Origin: a phage
DNA: 64,000 nt
Direction: 5' to 3' (one strand)
Sequence record: PZ166176.1
Shown: in pieces, positions 8,106 to 16,010 of the stretch
Layout: the number at the start of each line of letters is the position of its first letter
Numbering within the stretch: position 1 is the stretch's first letter
Notes under the pieces: model-generated
Database searches by the model: none
Told to the model about the DNA's origin: nothing
Seen by the model: only the letters and a program-made list of their open reading frames with translations
Program-made: the position numbers and the translations under genes

Positions 8106-8123
8106 AATAATTTAGAAAAAGGC

Positions 8124-8180
8124 TTGCAATCATTTTGAGATAGTGTATATTTAATTCATAGGGCGGCGGGAATAGTTCCC
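8124..8180 (+). promoter_or_regulatory. PeSL-like cassette
   Basis: -35 TTGCAA, hairpin catagggcggcgggaatagttccc. Confidence 0.6.
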
Positions 8181-8203
8181 AAAGCAAACGAGAGGATTAC
8201 ACG

Positions 8204-8323
8204 ATGAGCAAGTACACAGTAGAATACACGGTAGAAAATCCGGCAGTATCCGAAGGTAAAAAGATGACATTTGCCATCAGTATAATCGCTTTCGTTGTCA
8301 CTATCTTATCAATCATGTTATAA
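8204..8323 (+). CDS. 39-aa micro-protein with C-terminal transmembrane helix
   Basis: MSKYTVEYTVENPAVSEGKKMTFAISIIAFVVTILSIML; SD agagga. Confidence 0.45.
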   Translation: MSKYTVEYTVENPAVSEGKKMTFAISIIAFVVTILSIML

Positions 8324-8333
8324 GGTGCACACC

Positions 8334-8495
8334 ATGAAAACAACAGACATTATCAAAGAGATCGCCCTTGCCGCTGGCGTTGAAGTCGAGGAAGTGATCG
8401 CGCTCAATCTTACAGAAAAAGATCTGCGCAACTATGAAGCGGAAAGCGTGAAAGCAAGCGGCGCGGTCCTGGTATATGATCCGGCTAACAAGTAA
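8334..8495 (+). CDS. hypothetical early protein (53 aa)
   Basis: ATG 8334 (MKTTDIIKEIAL...) after SD aaggtg; the track start at 8295 overlaps the upstream micro-ORF. Confidence 0.5.
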   Translation: MKTTDIIKEIALAAGVEVEEVIALNLTEKDLRNYEAESVKASGAVLVYDPANK

Positions 8496-8504
8496 GGGGA
8501 TAAC

Positions 8505-8615
8505 ATGAATCCGAAAGATATGCAAGCATGGAAAGGGTACGACGATCTAAGCGCCTTGCGCAATAAGTCAAGCCGTAACCTTAGACGGTTGGAAGCAAAG
8601 AAAAAGAAAAAATAG
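8505..8615 (+). CDS. 36-aa basic small protein
   Basis: MNPKDMQAWKGYDDLSALRNKSSRNLRRLEAKKKKK; SD aagggga. Confidence 0.4.
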   Translation: MNPKDMQAWKGYDDLSALRNKSSRNLRRLEAKKKKK

Positions 8616-8675
8616 TTTGACAAGTCCGCCTAGTCTGATAATATGTATCTTGTAGGGCGGCAATGGTGCCGCTCA
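8616..8675 (+). promoter_or_regulatory. PeSL-like cassette
   Basis: TTGACA 8616-8621, hairpin tgtagggcggcaatggtgccgctc. Confidence 0.7.
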
Positions 8676-8693
8676 CAAGAAGAGAGAAAAATC

Positions 8694-8978
8694 ATGAAAA
8701 TCACAAAAAGCCTAACTAATTATGCAGCACGTCGCGGATTATGTTTAACCGTTGAAAACTTAGGGAAAGAAGACTTTTTGTGTTTTTGGGAGCTTGAAAA
8801 TGATTGCGAGTGGATGTTTTCTTATTCTATCTGCGAAGATCAAAACGGTTGTTTGTTAACCTGGCGCGGTAATATCTATTTACCGGAAGAAATTAAAGAA
8901 GAGTTACCAGGTACGATCATGACAGAGAGACAGCTTAAGGAAATGATTAATTTTGTAGGGCAAAACATTAAAAAATAA
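8694..8978 (+). CDS. hypothetical early protein (94 aa)
   Basis: ATG 8694 with SD agagag; the track start at 8643 reads through the hairpin. Confidence 0.6.
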   Translation: MKITKSLTNYAARRGLCLTVENLGKEDFLCFWELENDCEWMFSYSICEDQNGCLLTWRGNIYLPEEIKEELPGTIMTERQLKEMINFVGQNIKK

Positions 8979-9040
8979 TTTGACAGCACGCAAACAACGT
9001 AGTAAAGTTTACCACATAGGGCGGCGGAATGGTCCACCGC
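8979..9040 (+). promoter_or_regulatory. PeSL-like cassette
   Basis: TTGACA 8979-8984, hairpin identical to the 2751 copy. Confidence 0.7.
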
Positions 9041-9063
9041 TCACAACAGAAGAGAAACAAATC

Positions 9064-9234
9064 ATGATCCCGACTATGTTTTATGTATCGCGCAAAGGTC
9101 ACAATATTTTTTGGTCTGAAGATTTAAACGAAGCTATGACGTTTGCCCGTGATCGTGTTGCTATCGGTGGCGTTAACATCACCGTAACCGATGAAAACGG
9201 CATTGAATACTATAACGGCGACGATGAAGAGTAA
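9064..9234 (+). CDS. hypothetical early protein (56 aa)
   Basis: ATG 9064 (MIPTMFYVSRKG...) with SD agagaaac. Confidence 0.55.
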   Translation: MIPTMFYVSRKGHNIFWSEDLNEAMTFARDRVAIGGVNITVTDENGIEYYNGDDEE

Positions 9235-9240
9235 TTAATG

Positions 9241-9263
9241 AGGCGGGGAGTATTCCCCGCCGT
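9241..9263 (+). other. stand-alone GC stem-loop with no promoter upstream
   Basis: gaggcggggagtattccccgccg immediately before the SD of ORF 9281. Confidence 0.5.
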
Positions 9264-9280
9264 CAATAAAGAGGTAAATC

Positions 9281-9550
9281 ATGAAAATATCATTGGACGT
9301 TGCAATCAAGGCCATCGAATCCGGTTACATCCTGGTAAAAGATGATAAGGCTAAAATAGTGCATCATGTTAACAAGGAAACAGGCGAAAGCATGATCACA
9401 TATAAAGCCGCCTATTTTCTCCAATCAGTAGCAGATCCGCGCGTACAACGCCAGGTTACGGCGGCTATTGCTAAAAAATTGTGTTCCTTGCAGGGTGCAA
9501 GTTTTAACGAGATCCCGCCGTGTTTTGAGTGGTCAAGCTTGAAAAAATAA
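9281..9550 (+). CDS. hypothetical early protein (89 aa)
   Basis: ORF with SD agaggt. Confidence 0.65.
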   Translation: MKISLDVAIKAIESGYILVKDDKAKIVHHVNKETGESMITYKAAYFLQSVADPRVQRQVTAAIAKKLCSLQGASFNEIPPCFEWSSLKK

Positions 9551-9551
9551 T

Positions 9552-9613
9552 TTGACAACAATTATAAATCGGGTAGAATGTATTTCGTAGGGCGGGGCAA
9601 TAAGGCAACGCCC
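9552..9613 (+). promoter_or_regulatory. PeSL-like cassette
   Basis: TTGACA 9552-9557, hairpin tagggcggggcaataaggcaacgccc. Confidence 0.65.
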
Positions 9614-9631
9614 ATTAATGAGGGTAGAATC

Positions 9632-9736
9632 ATGTTAGAGAAAATTTTCACGGTTGTAATAGTGGGCCTGGCGTTATCGGTTGGAGTGGTTGCAACTATG
9701 GCTAACATGATCCTATCTTCCCACGGTATCGGTTAA
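9632..9736 (+). CDS. 34-aa hydrophobic micro-protein
   Basis: MLEKIFTVVIVGLALSVGVVATMANMILSSHGIG; SD gagggtag. Confidence 0.45.
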   Translation: MLEKIFTVVIVGLALSVGVVATMANMILSSHGIG

Positions 9737-9737
9737 G

Positions 9738-9962
9738 GTGAAACAAATGATCACGAACAAAACAGGCAAAACGGAATTTTTACGCGGCTTACAAGTTGGT
9801 AAGCCTGAGATCTGGCATTGCACGAAGTCCGCGCATAATGAAATGAAAGATTTTACCGCTACTTTACAACGTGTTAAAATATCTATCACACAGAAAAAAG
9901 CCTTGTTAGTAGTAGAAAACGAGATCCCGCAAACTATTATTATTGTCGAGCGTACAGCATGA
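9738..9962 (+). CDS. hypothetical early protein (74 aa)
   Basis: ORF with SD aaggtgaaac. Confidence 0.6.
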   Translation: MKQMITNKTGKTEFLRGLQVGKPEIWHCTKSAHNEMKDFTATLQRVKISITQKKALLVVENEIPQTIIIVERTA

Positions 9963-10345
9963 AAACAGAAATCATTATTGAAATCATCAACGGCTATAAA
10001 GAAGCCTTTATTTTTGCTGAATCAGCAAGGGATCATGAAGGTAATTTTATTGATAACTTAGACGATTATGATTTTTCTCCTAGCGCAGATCAACGGATCG
10101 CCCAGGATGTAACAGCCTTTATTAATGCTAATCTTGCCGCTATCTCTGAGGCAATGAGCGACGGCGCAACAGCCAACCAGATCGGGAATGATTTACATTT
10201 TACCCGTAACGGTCACGGCGTAGGCTTTTGGGATCGCCCTGAAATATACACCACTAACACAGCCAACCGCCTAACCAATGCAGCTAAGTTTATGCCGAAC
10301 GTGTCGGCTTACATTGGTGAAGATAATTTGATTTATATTGAATAA
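9959..10345 (+). CDS. hypothetical early protein (128 aa)
   Basis: Start overlaps the upstream stop (ATGA coupling). Confidence 0.65.
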   Translation: MKTEIIIEIINGYKEAFIFAESARDHEGNFIDNLDDYDFSPSADQRIAQDVTAFINANLAAISEAMSDGATANQIGNDLHFTRNGHGVGFWDRPEIYTTNTANRLTNAAKFMPNVSAYIGEDNLIYIE

Positions 10346-10351
10346 AAAGTA

Positions 10352-10410
10352 TTGACACAGATCGCCAGTGTGCTAATATTTACCACGTAGGGCGGCAATG
10401 GTGCCGCTCC
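10352..10410 (+). promoter_or_regulatory. PeSL-like cassette
   Basis: TTGACA 10352-10357, -10 taatat, hairpin gtagggcggcaatggtgccgctc. Confidence 0.7.
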
Positions 10411-10428
10411 CCGAAAAAGGTAAACATT

Positions 10429-10620
10429 ATGAAAACCATCTCCTACCTGGAATCGAATAACATGTTTTTTGCGCCCGTTGATGAAATCATCGAAGCATTA
10501 AACAACGAGGAAGGGATCAAAGGTTTATCTTATAGCCAACTTTTAGGAATGGTTGCAGCAAATGAAGAGCTTGCTTACTATGTTGAAAATTTTGATGAAG
10601 CTGTAATCTTTACAAAATAA
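10429..10620 (+). CDS. hypothetical early protein (63 aa)
   Basis: ORF after cassette. Confidence 0.65.
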   Translation: MKTISYLESNNMFFAPVDEIIEALNNEEGIKGLSYSQLLGMVAANEELAYYVENFDEAVIFTK

Positions 10621-10622
10621 TC

Positions 10623-10680
10623 CTTGATCTAATCTCTTAGATAACTTATATTTAATGCGTAGGGCGGCAATGGTGCCGCC
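10623..10680 (+). promoter_or_regulatory. PeSL-like cassette (variant -35 CTTGAT)
   Basis: hairpin gtagggcggcaatggtgccgcc. Confidence 0.55.
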
Positions 10681-10698
10681 GATAATGAGGAAAGTAAA

Positions 10699-10998
10699 AT
10701 GGAAACTATCGCTATTATTACCGTAGAAAAACTGGTTGTTGGTGATGTATTCGCGTTAATGGTGCCTAACAGTAGCAAGCTGGGCGCTTATGAAGTGATG
10801 GATCATAAAAATGAATCATTTGGCGACGGTTGCACAATGGCGGTAAAATCTTTAAAGGATGGAATCATCCGTCAAGCTAATTGGCACAAAGGAAATCAAG
10901 TCGGATTAATATCAGCTAATTTCTTGCCAGAAGAGCAAACGTTAGACCAACTATCAGGCGGTAAGACGTTAGCCGAACTACTGGAAACAGCGATCTAA
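10699..10998 (+). CDS. hypothetical early protein (99 aa)
   Basis: ORF with SD gaggaaag. Confidence 0.65.
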   Translation: METIAIITVEKLVVGDVFALMVPNSSKLGAYEVMDHKNESFGDGCTMAVKSLKDGIIRQANWHKGNQVGLISANFLPEEQTLDQLSGGKTLAELLETAI

Positions 10999-11042
10999 TC
11001 AACAAAGGGGCGGCAACGCCCCACATCAGAAAGGAAAAGATT

Positions 11043-11279
11043 ATGAGTATTGCAACAGTATTAACCGCCGTTAAAACCGCTGAATCATCCGGCTTGCATG
11101 TTGAGCTTATAGATCAACCAGGTGGCGATCTCCTTGTCCAGGTTTACCCGCCGAAAGTAGGGGATGATCATTATTGGTGCTATTCCGATACGTTCGAACA
11201 AGTAGACACGAAAGCGATCACGGCTTTTATTTTAAAAGCTATTGAAGAAAATAATTTTCATTATAACATCAATCAATAA
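11043..11279 (+). CDS. hypothetical early protein (78 aa)
   Basis: ORF; preceded by a promoter-less hairpin ggggcggcaacgcccc. Confidence 0.6.
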   Translation: MSIATVLTAVKTAESSGLHVELIDQPGGDLLVQVYPPKVGDDHYWCYSDTFEQVDTKAITAFILKAIEENNFHYNINQ

Positions 11280-11334
11280 ACCATAAGCGCGGCGGTAACG
11301 CCCCATTAAACGCAATAGGAAGAGGCTAGAAAGC

Positions 11335-11619
11335 ATGAAAAAGATGATCGCAGTAGTTGCCCTGGTTGTTGGTATTAACGCGCCTGTAATGGCGAAAGAG
11401 TTGCCAGAATCCATCACGTTAACCGATATTAACGCAGTGAACCGGATCGGCGTTAATTATCGCCTATGCCTTGCCGCTAAAACTTTCCAGGACGGCACAA
11501 CAGAGTACTACGGATTCGAGGGTATCCGCTGCGGTGAGCTTGCACGCGACCTTAAGGAAGATCCAGACCTTGAGGCCATACCGATGACCGTAAACGGTAA
11601 AGCTTACGTAAGCCGCTAA
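11335..11619 (+). CDS. secreted small protein with predicted signal peptide (94 aa)
   Basis: N-terminus MKKMIAVVALVVGINAPVMA is signal-peptide-like; SD aggaagagg. Confidence 0.6.
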   Translation: MKKMIAVVALVVGINAPVMAKELPESITLTDINAVNRIGVNYRLCLAAKTFQDGTTEYYGFEGIRCGELARDLKEDPDLEAIPMTVNGKAYVSR

Positions 11620-11621
11620 CC

Positions 11622-11756
11622 ATGAGAAAGGTAATCATCACAATGGGGATCGTAGTAGCAACGCTGGCGCTTATCCCTTTCATGGTTGAACATGTGCTGA
11701 TTAATGTTGTCCTGGTAGTCAGTGACCTATTGGAAACGGTTGGCAACTGGTTTTAA
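11622..11756 (+). CDS. 44-aa hydrophobic micro-protein
   Basis: MRKVIITMGIVVATLALIPFMVEHVLINVVLVVSDLLETVGNWF; followed by a terminator. Confidence 0.45.
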   Translation: MRKVIITMGIVVATLALIPFMVEHVLINVVLVVSDLLETVGNWF

Positions 11757-11765
11757 GATAAATAA

Positions 11766-11793
11766 ACAGGGCTTGTTTTTGTCCTGTTTTTTG
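11766..11793 (+). terminator. rho-independent terminator
   Basis: acagggcttgtttttgtcctgt plus tttttt. Confidence 0.7.
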
Positions 11794-11932
11794 TTATACT
11801 TATTGAACGGGCGGCACCTGGGAGCAGGGGGAAGATAATCACCGGACGACCCCGCTATATATTGATAGCTAACATCTATCAAACAACAAAACATCAAAGA
11901 GATAAACTATCAAATCTTTACAATCCTACCTA

Positions 11933-11991
11933 TTGACACCGGATCACGCTTACATTATCATTTATCACGTAGGGCGGGAATGTTTCCCGCC
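11933..11991 (+). promoter_or_regulatory. PeSL-like cassette
   Basis: TTGACA 11933-11938, hairpin gtagggcgggaatgtttcccgcc. Confidence 0.7.
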
Positions 11992-12009
11992 TGATTTAGG
12001 AGTTATATC

Positions 12010-12243
12010 ATGATCGAACAAATTAAAAGCACTAAACCAAATGTTAACGGTAATGTTTCTCACTTTATCGGGGATAATGAAAGAGGTACACCGTACGCCG
12101 CCGTAACCGTTCAACCGAACGGGGATTATTGGTTTACCGTGTACGGATCTTACTCTTTTGGACGTTCGGCACATGATAAGATCTTGCAAGTGGTTAAGCC
12201 TACTGGGAAGAATATCACAGCAGAAAAATTTTATAAAAAATAG
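12010..12243 (+). CDS. hypothetical early protein (77 aa)
   Basis: ORF after cassette, SD ttaggag. Confidence 0.65.
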   Translation: MIEQIKSTKPNVNGNVSHFIGDNERGTPYAAVTVQPNGDYWFTVYGSYSFGRSAHDKILQVVKPTGKNITAEKFYKK

Positions 12244-12303
12244 CTTGCTTTATTTCTCCTGTTAACTTATAGTTATTGCGTAGGGCGAGCAATACAGCAA
12301 GCC
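12244..12303 (+). promoter_or_regulatory. PeSL-like cassette (variant)
   Basis: -35 CTTGCT, hairpin gtagggcgagcaatacagcaagccc. Confidence 0.5.
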
Positions 12304-12321
12304 CACAAAGAGGAAAAGAAG

Positions 12322-12690
12322 ATGAGCAAATCAGCAATTAAAGCACTTGAAAAAGCACAAGAAGTGATCGCAACGTCAACCACTGGCGCAAAGGTTAATC
12401 TCGTTGGTTATCTGGCAGATGAAACTATCCGTAAAAATTGGCGTAATGCTGATTTACTGGCTTGCTTATTGATTAATAGTGTCGCTAATGCTTTCCAGTG
12501 TGAAACAGCCGAGAGCCTGGAGGAAAACTTGTTTGATAATATGGATCAAGCCATTGAAACCTATATACAGTCAAACCTGGATAGCTGGAACAGTAAAACA
12601 TGGCCCGACAATTTACGCGATACAACTGATCAACTGATCCGCCTTGCCGTGATGGTTGAACGCGATAACGTTTACAACAGCACAAAGTAA
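12322..12690 (+). CDS. hypothetical early protein (122 aa)
   Basis: ORF with SD agaggaaaag. Confidence 0.65.
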   Translation: MSKSAIKALEKAQEVIATSTTGAKVNLVGYLADETIRKNWRNADLLACLLINSVANAFQCETAESLEENLFDNMDQAIETYIQSNLDSWNSKTWPDNLRDTTDQLIRLAVMVERDNVYNSTK

Positions 12691-12700
12691 GATTATACAA

Positions 12701-12722
12701 GGGCGCACCAAGCGCCCTTTAA
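12701..12722 (+). terminator. terminator hairpin (GGGCGCACCAAGCGCCC family)
   Basis: gggcgcaccaagcgccc plus ttt; weak T tract. Confidence 0.55.
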
Positions 12723-12747
12723 CGTAAAGAAATGTAAATAATGCGCT

Positions 12748-12782
12748 ATCCCCTATTGACAGGGGATCGGCGTTATATTATA
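12748..12782 (+). promoter_or_regulatory. promoter with -35 hexamer inside a hairpin loop
   Basis: atcccctaTTGACAggggat with -10 tatatt downstream. Confidence 0.45.
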
Positions 12783-12829
12783 TTTAACTCACTGGCAGCA
12801 AACAACAAAACGAAACAAAGGATAACACT

Positions 12830-13249
12830 ATGAACATTAAATCAAATAATCCAGCTTACTCCTTCGATAACGCTTTTTGTCACGGTAGCGCCGCCAAAGG
12901 CTTCGAAATCGATGGTAAATTGGTTATCGTGAACGTTGACGGGGAAGAGGTTGCAGTGTATCCGGTAAACGATGTTAAAAGCCGTTTACAATGCCGCATG
13001 GATGTTACCGCATATCAGCTTGATCCGATCCGTGTAGTTGCCCTGGTATTAGAGGAAGAGATCAAAGCAATGCATCACAGTAATAAGTTTATTGGTGACG
13101 CGCAGGATAATATGAACGTTTGCCGCCATAAAGTTAATGAAGCACTGAAAGAATGCGGTTTTAAGGATCTGATGATCAAACGTGATGAAAAATTCCGCTT
13201 TCGTAATGACCTGGCAAACCGGATCTACTCAATCTATGAAGCGTTATAA
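12830..13249 (+). CDS. hypothetical early protein (139 aa)
   Basis: ORF with SD aaaggat; terminator downstream. Confidence 0.65.
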   Translation: MNIKSNNPAYSFDNAFCHGSAAKGFEIDGKLVIVNVDGEEVAVYPVNDVKSRLQCRMDVTAYQLDPIRVVALVLEEEIKAMHHSNKFIGDAQDNMNVCRHKVNEALKECGFKDLMIKRDEKFRFRNDLANRIYSIYEAL

Positions 13250-13264
13250 TTGACAACAAAACAA

Positions 13265-13291
13265 GGGGCGCACCAAGCGCCCTTTCTTTTT
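13265..13291 (+). terminator. rho-independent terminator (GGGCGCACCAAGCGCCC family)
   Basis: gggcgcaccaagcgccc plus tttcttttt. Confidence 0.7.
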
Positions 13292-13498
13292 GCCCGAACA
13301 ATGTTGATAGCTTTCGCCTATGAAAAACCGACACAGAACAAAATTGAATAAATCGCGGTATCGAGCTAATCAACCATTAAACGAATAACCATACCTCCCA
13401 GGGTAACAGGCTGTTAGAGAGCCATTTATAGCGGTTAAAATCGATCAACAACCAACAACAAACCATCAAAAACACCCTTTTACCTCCTTTCTAGTGCA

Positions 13499-13516
13499 AT
13501 GATAACCATTATCATC
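13499..13516. promoter_or_regulatory. Fur-box-like palindrome
   Basis: aatgataaccattatcat. Confidence 0.4.
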
Positions 13517-14056
13517 TATCCATGTTTATCTATGCAATATAAGTGCATAACTATAATGTTGATAATAGTTCGCAACAACTAACTAACCAACAACCTAAAA
13601 CAATAAGCAAACTAATCATAATCAAAGGAATAATAGCAAGATGATTGATAACGACAAACAATCAAACCATGATGAATACTAAGCAAGATAACGATAACAC
13701 GACAAAACAACCAACTAACGAACAATAACAAACGAAACCATTAAAATAATAACTATTGCCATAATAGTGACTGAATGAAATCATTACAAAACGAATCATT
13801 CCCAGGATCATCATTAGCACGCTATGCCGGACACATAGCGAGCTAATAATAAGCCAACTACACCCCAACAATCATAACCATCGGTGATGGTTATTTCTTG
13901 TTACTGCGTAGCTTGCAATGATTGCAAGCGTAATGACGCTTACACTCATTGCGCTGGCTTATTATTAGCATTATATGTAATTACCAAGATCATAACATTA
14001 GCGCAATAACAATAATCATTGTAATGGTTACAATATGAAATCATTAGCATGGCAAT

Positions 14057-14212
14057 AATTATTGGGGGCAATGGGAGGATGATTATCATCATTCCGATAC
14101 ATTGCACACTATGCACATAATAGAATAAAAGTCAATAATTTTGGGGGCGAATACTATCGCGTAGCGATATGTTGAGCACTAAGAAAAGAGATAAACCTTA
14201 ATCATGGGGGCG
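14057..14212. repeat. three direct repeats of a TGGGGGC core
   Basis: attattgggggcaatggg (14057), aattttgggggcgaatac (14135), aatcatgggggcgtaaat (14198); a second direct repeat ATGTTGAGCA at 14165 and 14248. Confidence 0.5.
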
Positions 14213-14330
14213 TAAATATCCGAGGATTGCCAACGGCGATCCGGTAGGATGTTGAGCATCTTCTCTTAAACGTAAATAAAATCAGAAAATTCTTGATTTA
14301 TTATGGTTTTTATGTTAATAAATGTTTAAA

Positions 14331-14349
14331 TAATAATCATTCTCATATG
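14331..14349. promoter_or_regulatory. Fur-box-like palindrome
   Basis: taataatcattctcatatg. Confidence 0.4.
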
Positions 14350-14420
14350 AATAATAGTCTGCTTGTCATGAGCGGGATTAATTGACATTGTTCCGTCATA
14401 TGATGAAGTTGCCAAGCCAT

Positions 14421-14451
14421 TGATAAATAAGTGTTTGTGTGATTTATAATC
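14421..14451 (+). promoter_or_regulatory. sigma70-like promoter (TTGATA-N18-TATAAT)
   Basis: ttgataaataagtgtttgtgtgatttataat; candidate promoter for the block starting at 14868. Confidence 0.4.
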
Positions 14452-14507
14452 AAGTGGCCCACCTTGTCGCTATGTTGGCATGAGCCTTGCATAAGTCATT
14501 GAATACG

Positions 14508-14526
14508 AATGATAATTATTCTCATT
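14508..14526. promoter_or_regulatory. Fur-box-like palindrome
   Basis: aatgataattattctcatt, about 55 nt downstream of the candidate promoter. Confidence 0.45.
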
Positions 14527-14867
14527 CGCATGATATTTGGGAATTGTCGCTGCGTGGACCTGACGGCCCGAAAATTCGCGTTAAGCACTTCTTACGTATG
14601 CGCCATGATTTTTGCCATATCATATTGATTCTATTAGATATTCTTGCCGTGATTGCCATGAAACAGGGTGTCCCGAAATAATCTCTCCCCGTAGATATTT
14701 TGGGTTACTTTTTATACAAGAGTGGGGTGTCAAAAATAATCGGTATATATGGGATAATTGATAGGGAATACCAATGATAAATGAATTGTAATTGTCGAGG
14801 ATTGATCGTAGGATGTTGGTGATTGATGATTGCCATGAAAGATGGCTAACGATGAGAGGAGATTATC

Positions 14868-15242
14868 ATGCAAGAGAGTAAAAATGTTCCGTTGAGTAGT
14901 GCAACATTGCTTCGCTTCTATAAAGCATGGATTGCTAACTACCCTGCAATGAATCGCACAACGAGTGGCTTATGTGGTTGTCTGGTAGATTATGTAGATG
15001 ATTTTGTTGGTGAGACAACTAGAGAAGAAGATAGAAGATGGCGGGATAGTTTGTTAGACCGTTTGAAATATGAAATGAGGAAACAATTTACATGTGCAGG
15101 GCTGGACTACAATCTTCCGTTCAATGCAGATTGCATGGATTACCTTTCAGAGTGTATAAACTTGGCGTGTCATACCAACACGTTACGTCTTCAATGGGTG
15201 AAAGATCGTATTGAAGATGCAAATAATGCTTGCATTGAATAA
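14868..15242 (+). CDS. member A of a five-copy paralogous early family (GLC...PF...WVK motif)
   Basis: 124 aa; FYKAWI...GLCGCL...LPFN...RLQWVKD; paralogs at 18770, 22108, 24953, 26258. Confidence 0.7.
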   Translation: MQESKNVPLSSATLLRFYKAWIANYPAMNRTTSGLCGCLVDYVDDFVGETTREEDRRWRDSLLDRLKYEMRKQFTCAGLDYNLPFNADCMDYLSECINLACHTNTLRLQWVKDRIEDANNACIE

Positions 15243-15301
15243 AAATGTCTGTATGATAGTTTGCATACCGCGCATAACAAACAGCTAATGAGGAGATTGG
15301 A

Positions 15302-15550
15302 ATGCATAACATGAAACGCATGAAAGTTCGTATAGAAGATCCGTGTGGGTATGAGGGATTAGAAGGTGCAACATTCCCACTCATCCTTGATGCTAAACTG
15401 GGTGACAAGGGGCTTGCCTATGTGCGATTCTCAACTATGATGCAAGTGGAAGGCTGGTGGTGGGATGAGGAAGATACGAAAGAAGGTCATGATTATAGTT
15501 TCTTCTCTCATGAGTATACGATTGTAGAGGAGACGAGTGATGATCTGTAA
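15302..15550 (+). CDS. small paralog family 2, member 1 (82 aa)
   Basis: KVRIEDPCGYEGL...FPLILDA...VEGWWWDEED..EG.DY.FF..EY.IV; paralogs at 15540 and 19480. Confidence 0.65.
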   Translation: MHNMKRMKVRIEDPCGYEGLEGATFPLILDAKLGDKGLAYVRFSTMMQVEGWWWDEEDTKEGHDYSFFSHEYTIVEETSDDL

Positions 15551-15758
15551 AATTCGTATTGAGCATAATTGTGGTTACTTAGGATTGCTTCATGTAGATT
15601 TTCCTGTTATATTGGATGCACATATTGGTTATGGCAGAAATGCATACGTGCAATTCACAACGATGAGCCATGTGCAAGGTTGGAAATGGGAAGAAGGGGA
15701 TACTGTTGAAGGAGGTGAGTATGTTTTCCTTCGTGATGAATATGAAATTGTCTATTAA
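15540..15758 (+). CDS. small paralog family 2, member 2 (72 aa)
   Basis: MICKIRIEHNCGYLGL...FPVILDA...VQGWKWEEGD..EG.EYVFL.DEYEIV. Confidence 0.65.
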   Translation: MICKIRIEHNCGYLGLLHVDFPVILDAHIGYGRNAYVQFTTMSHVQGWKWEEGDTVEGGEYVFLRDEYEIVY

Positions 15759-15761
15759 AGG

Positions 15762-16010
15762 TTGTGTGCAATGATCACACCACAACAGAATGAAGCAGCA
15801 ATGGATCTTCTTGATAGTTTGTATTTCGATAATTGGTACTCTGAATGTGAATGGATGAATATGCAAACTCTGAAAGAGAAGACAGAAGCGTTGATTACAG
15901 TAGATCAATTTCTTGCAGAGACGGAAAGAATGAATTATGATATGGCATCTCGCGCACGCCGCGCTTCCATCTTTAATAAAATGGTGGCATTATGGGGAGG
16001 TAGAAAATGA
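15762..16010 (+). CDS. hypothetical early protein (82 aa)
   Basis: ORF with SD. Confidence 0.6.
   Translation: MCAMITPQQNEAAMDLLDSLYFDNWYSECEWMNMQTLKEKTEALITVDQFLAETERMNYDMASRARRASIFNKMVALWGGRK

Noticed and set aside
5085-9234. Longer N-terminal extensions offered by the ORF track for several cassette-driven genes (for example 5085, 7791, 8643, 8980)
   Set aside because: The extensions read through the promoter and 5' hairpin (they translate as IGRRNGPP or VGRQWCR). In each case an internal ATG with a proper SD lies just downstream of the hairpin.
2700-12800. Interpretation of the repeated hairpin elements as a CRISPR array
   Set aside because: Repeat spacing is irregular (200-500 bp), each unit contains a promoter, the intervening sequences are protein-coding genes with SDs, and the repeats vary more than CRISPR repeats do.
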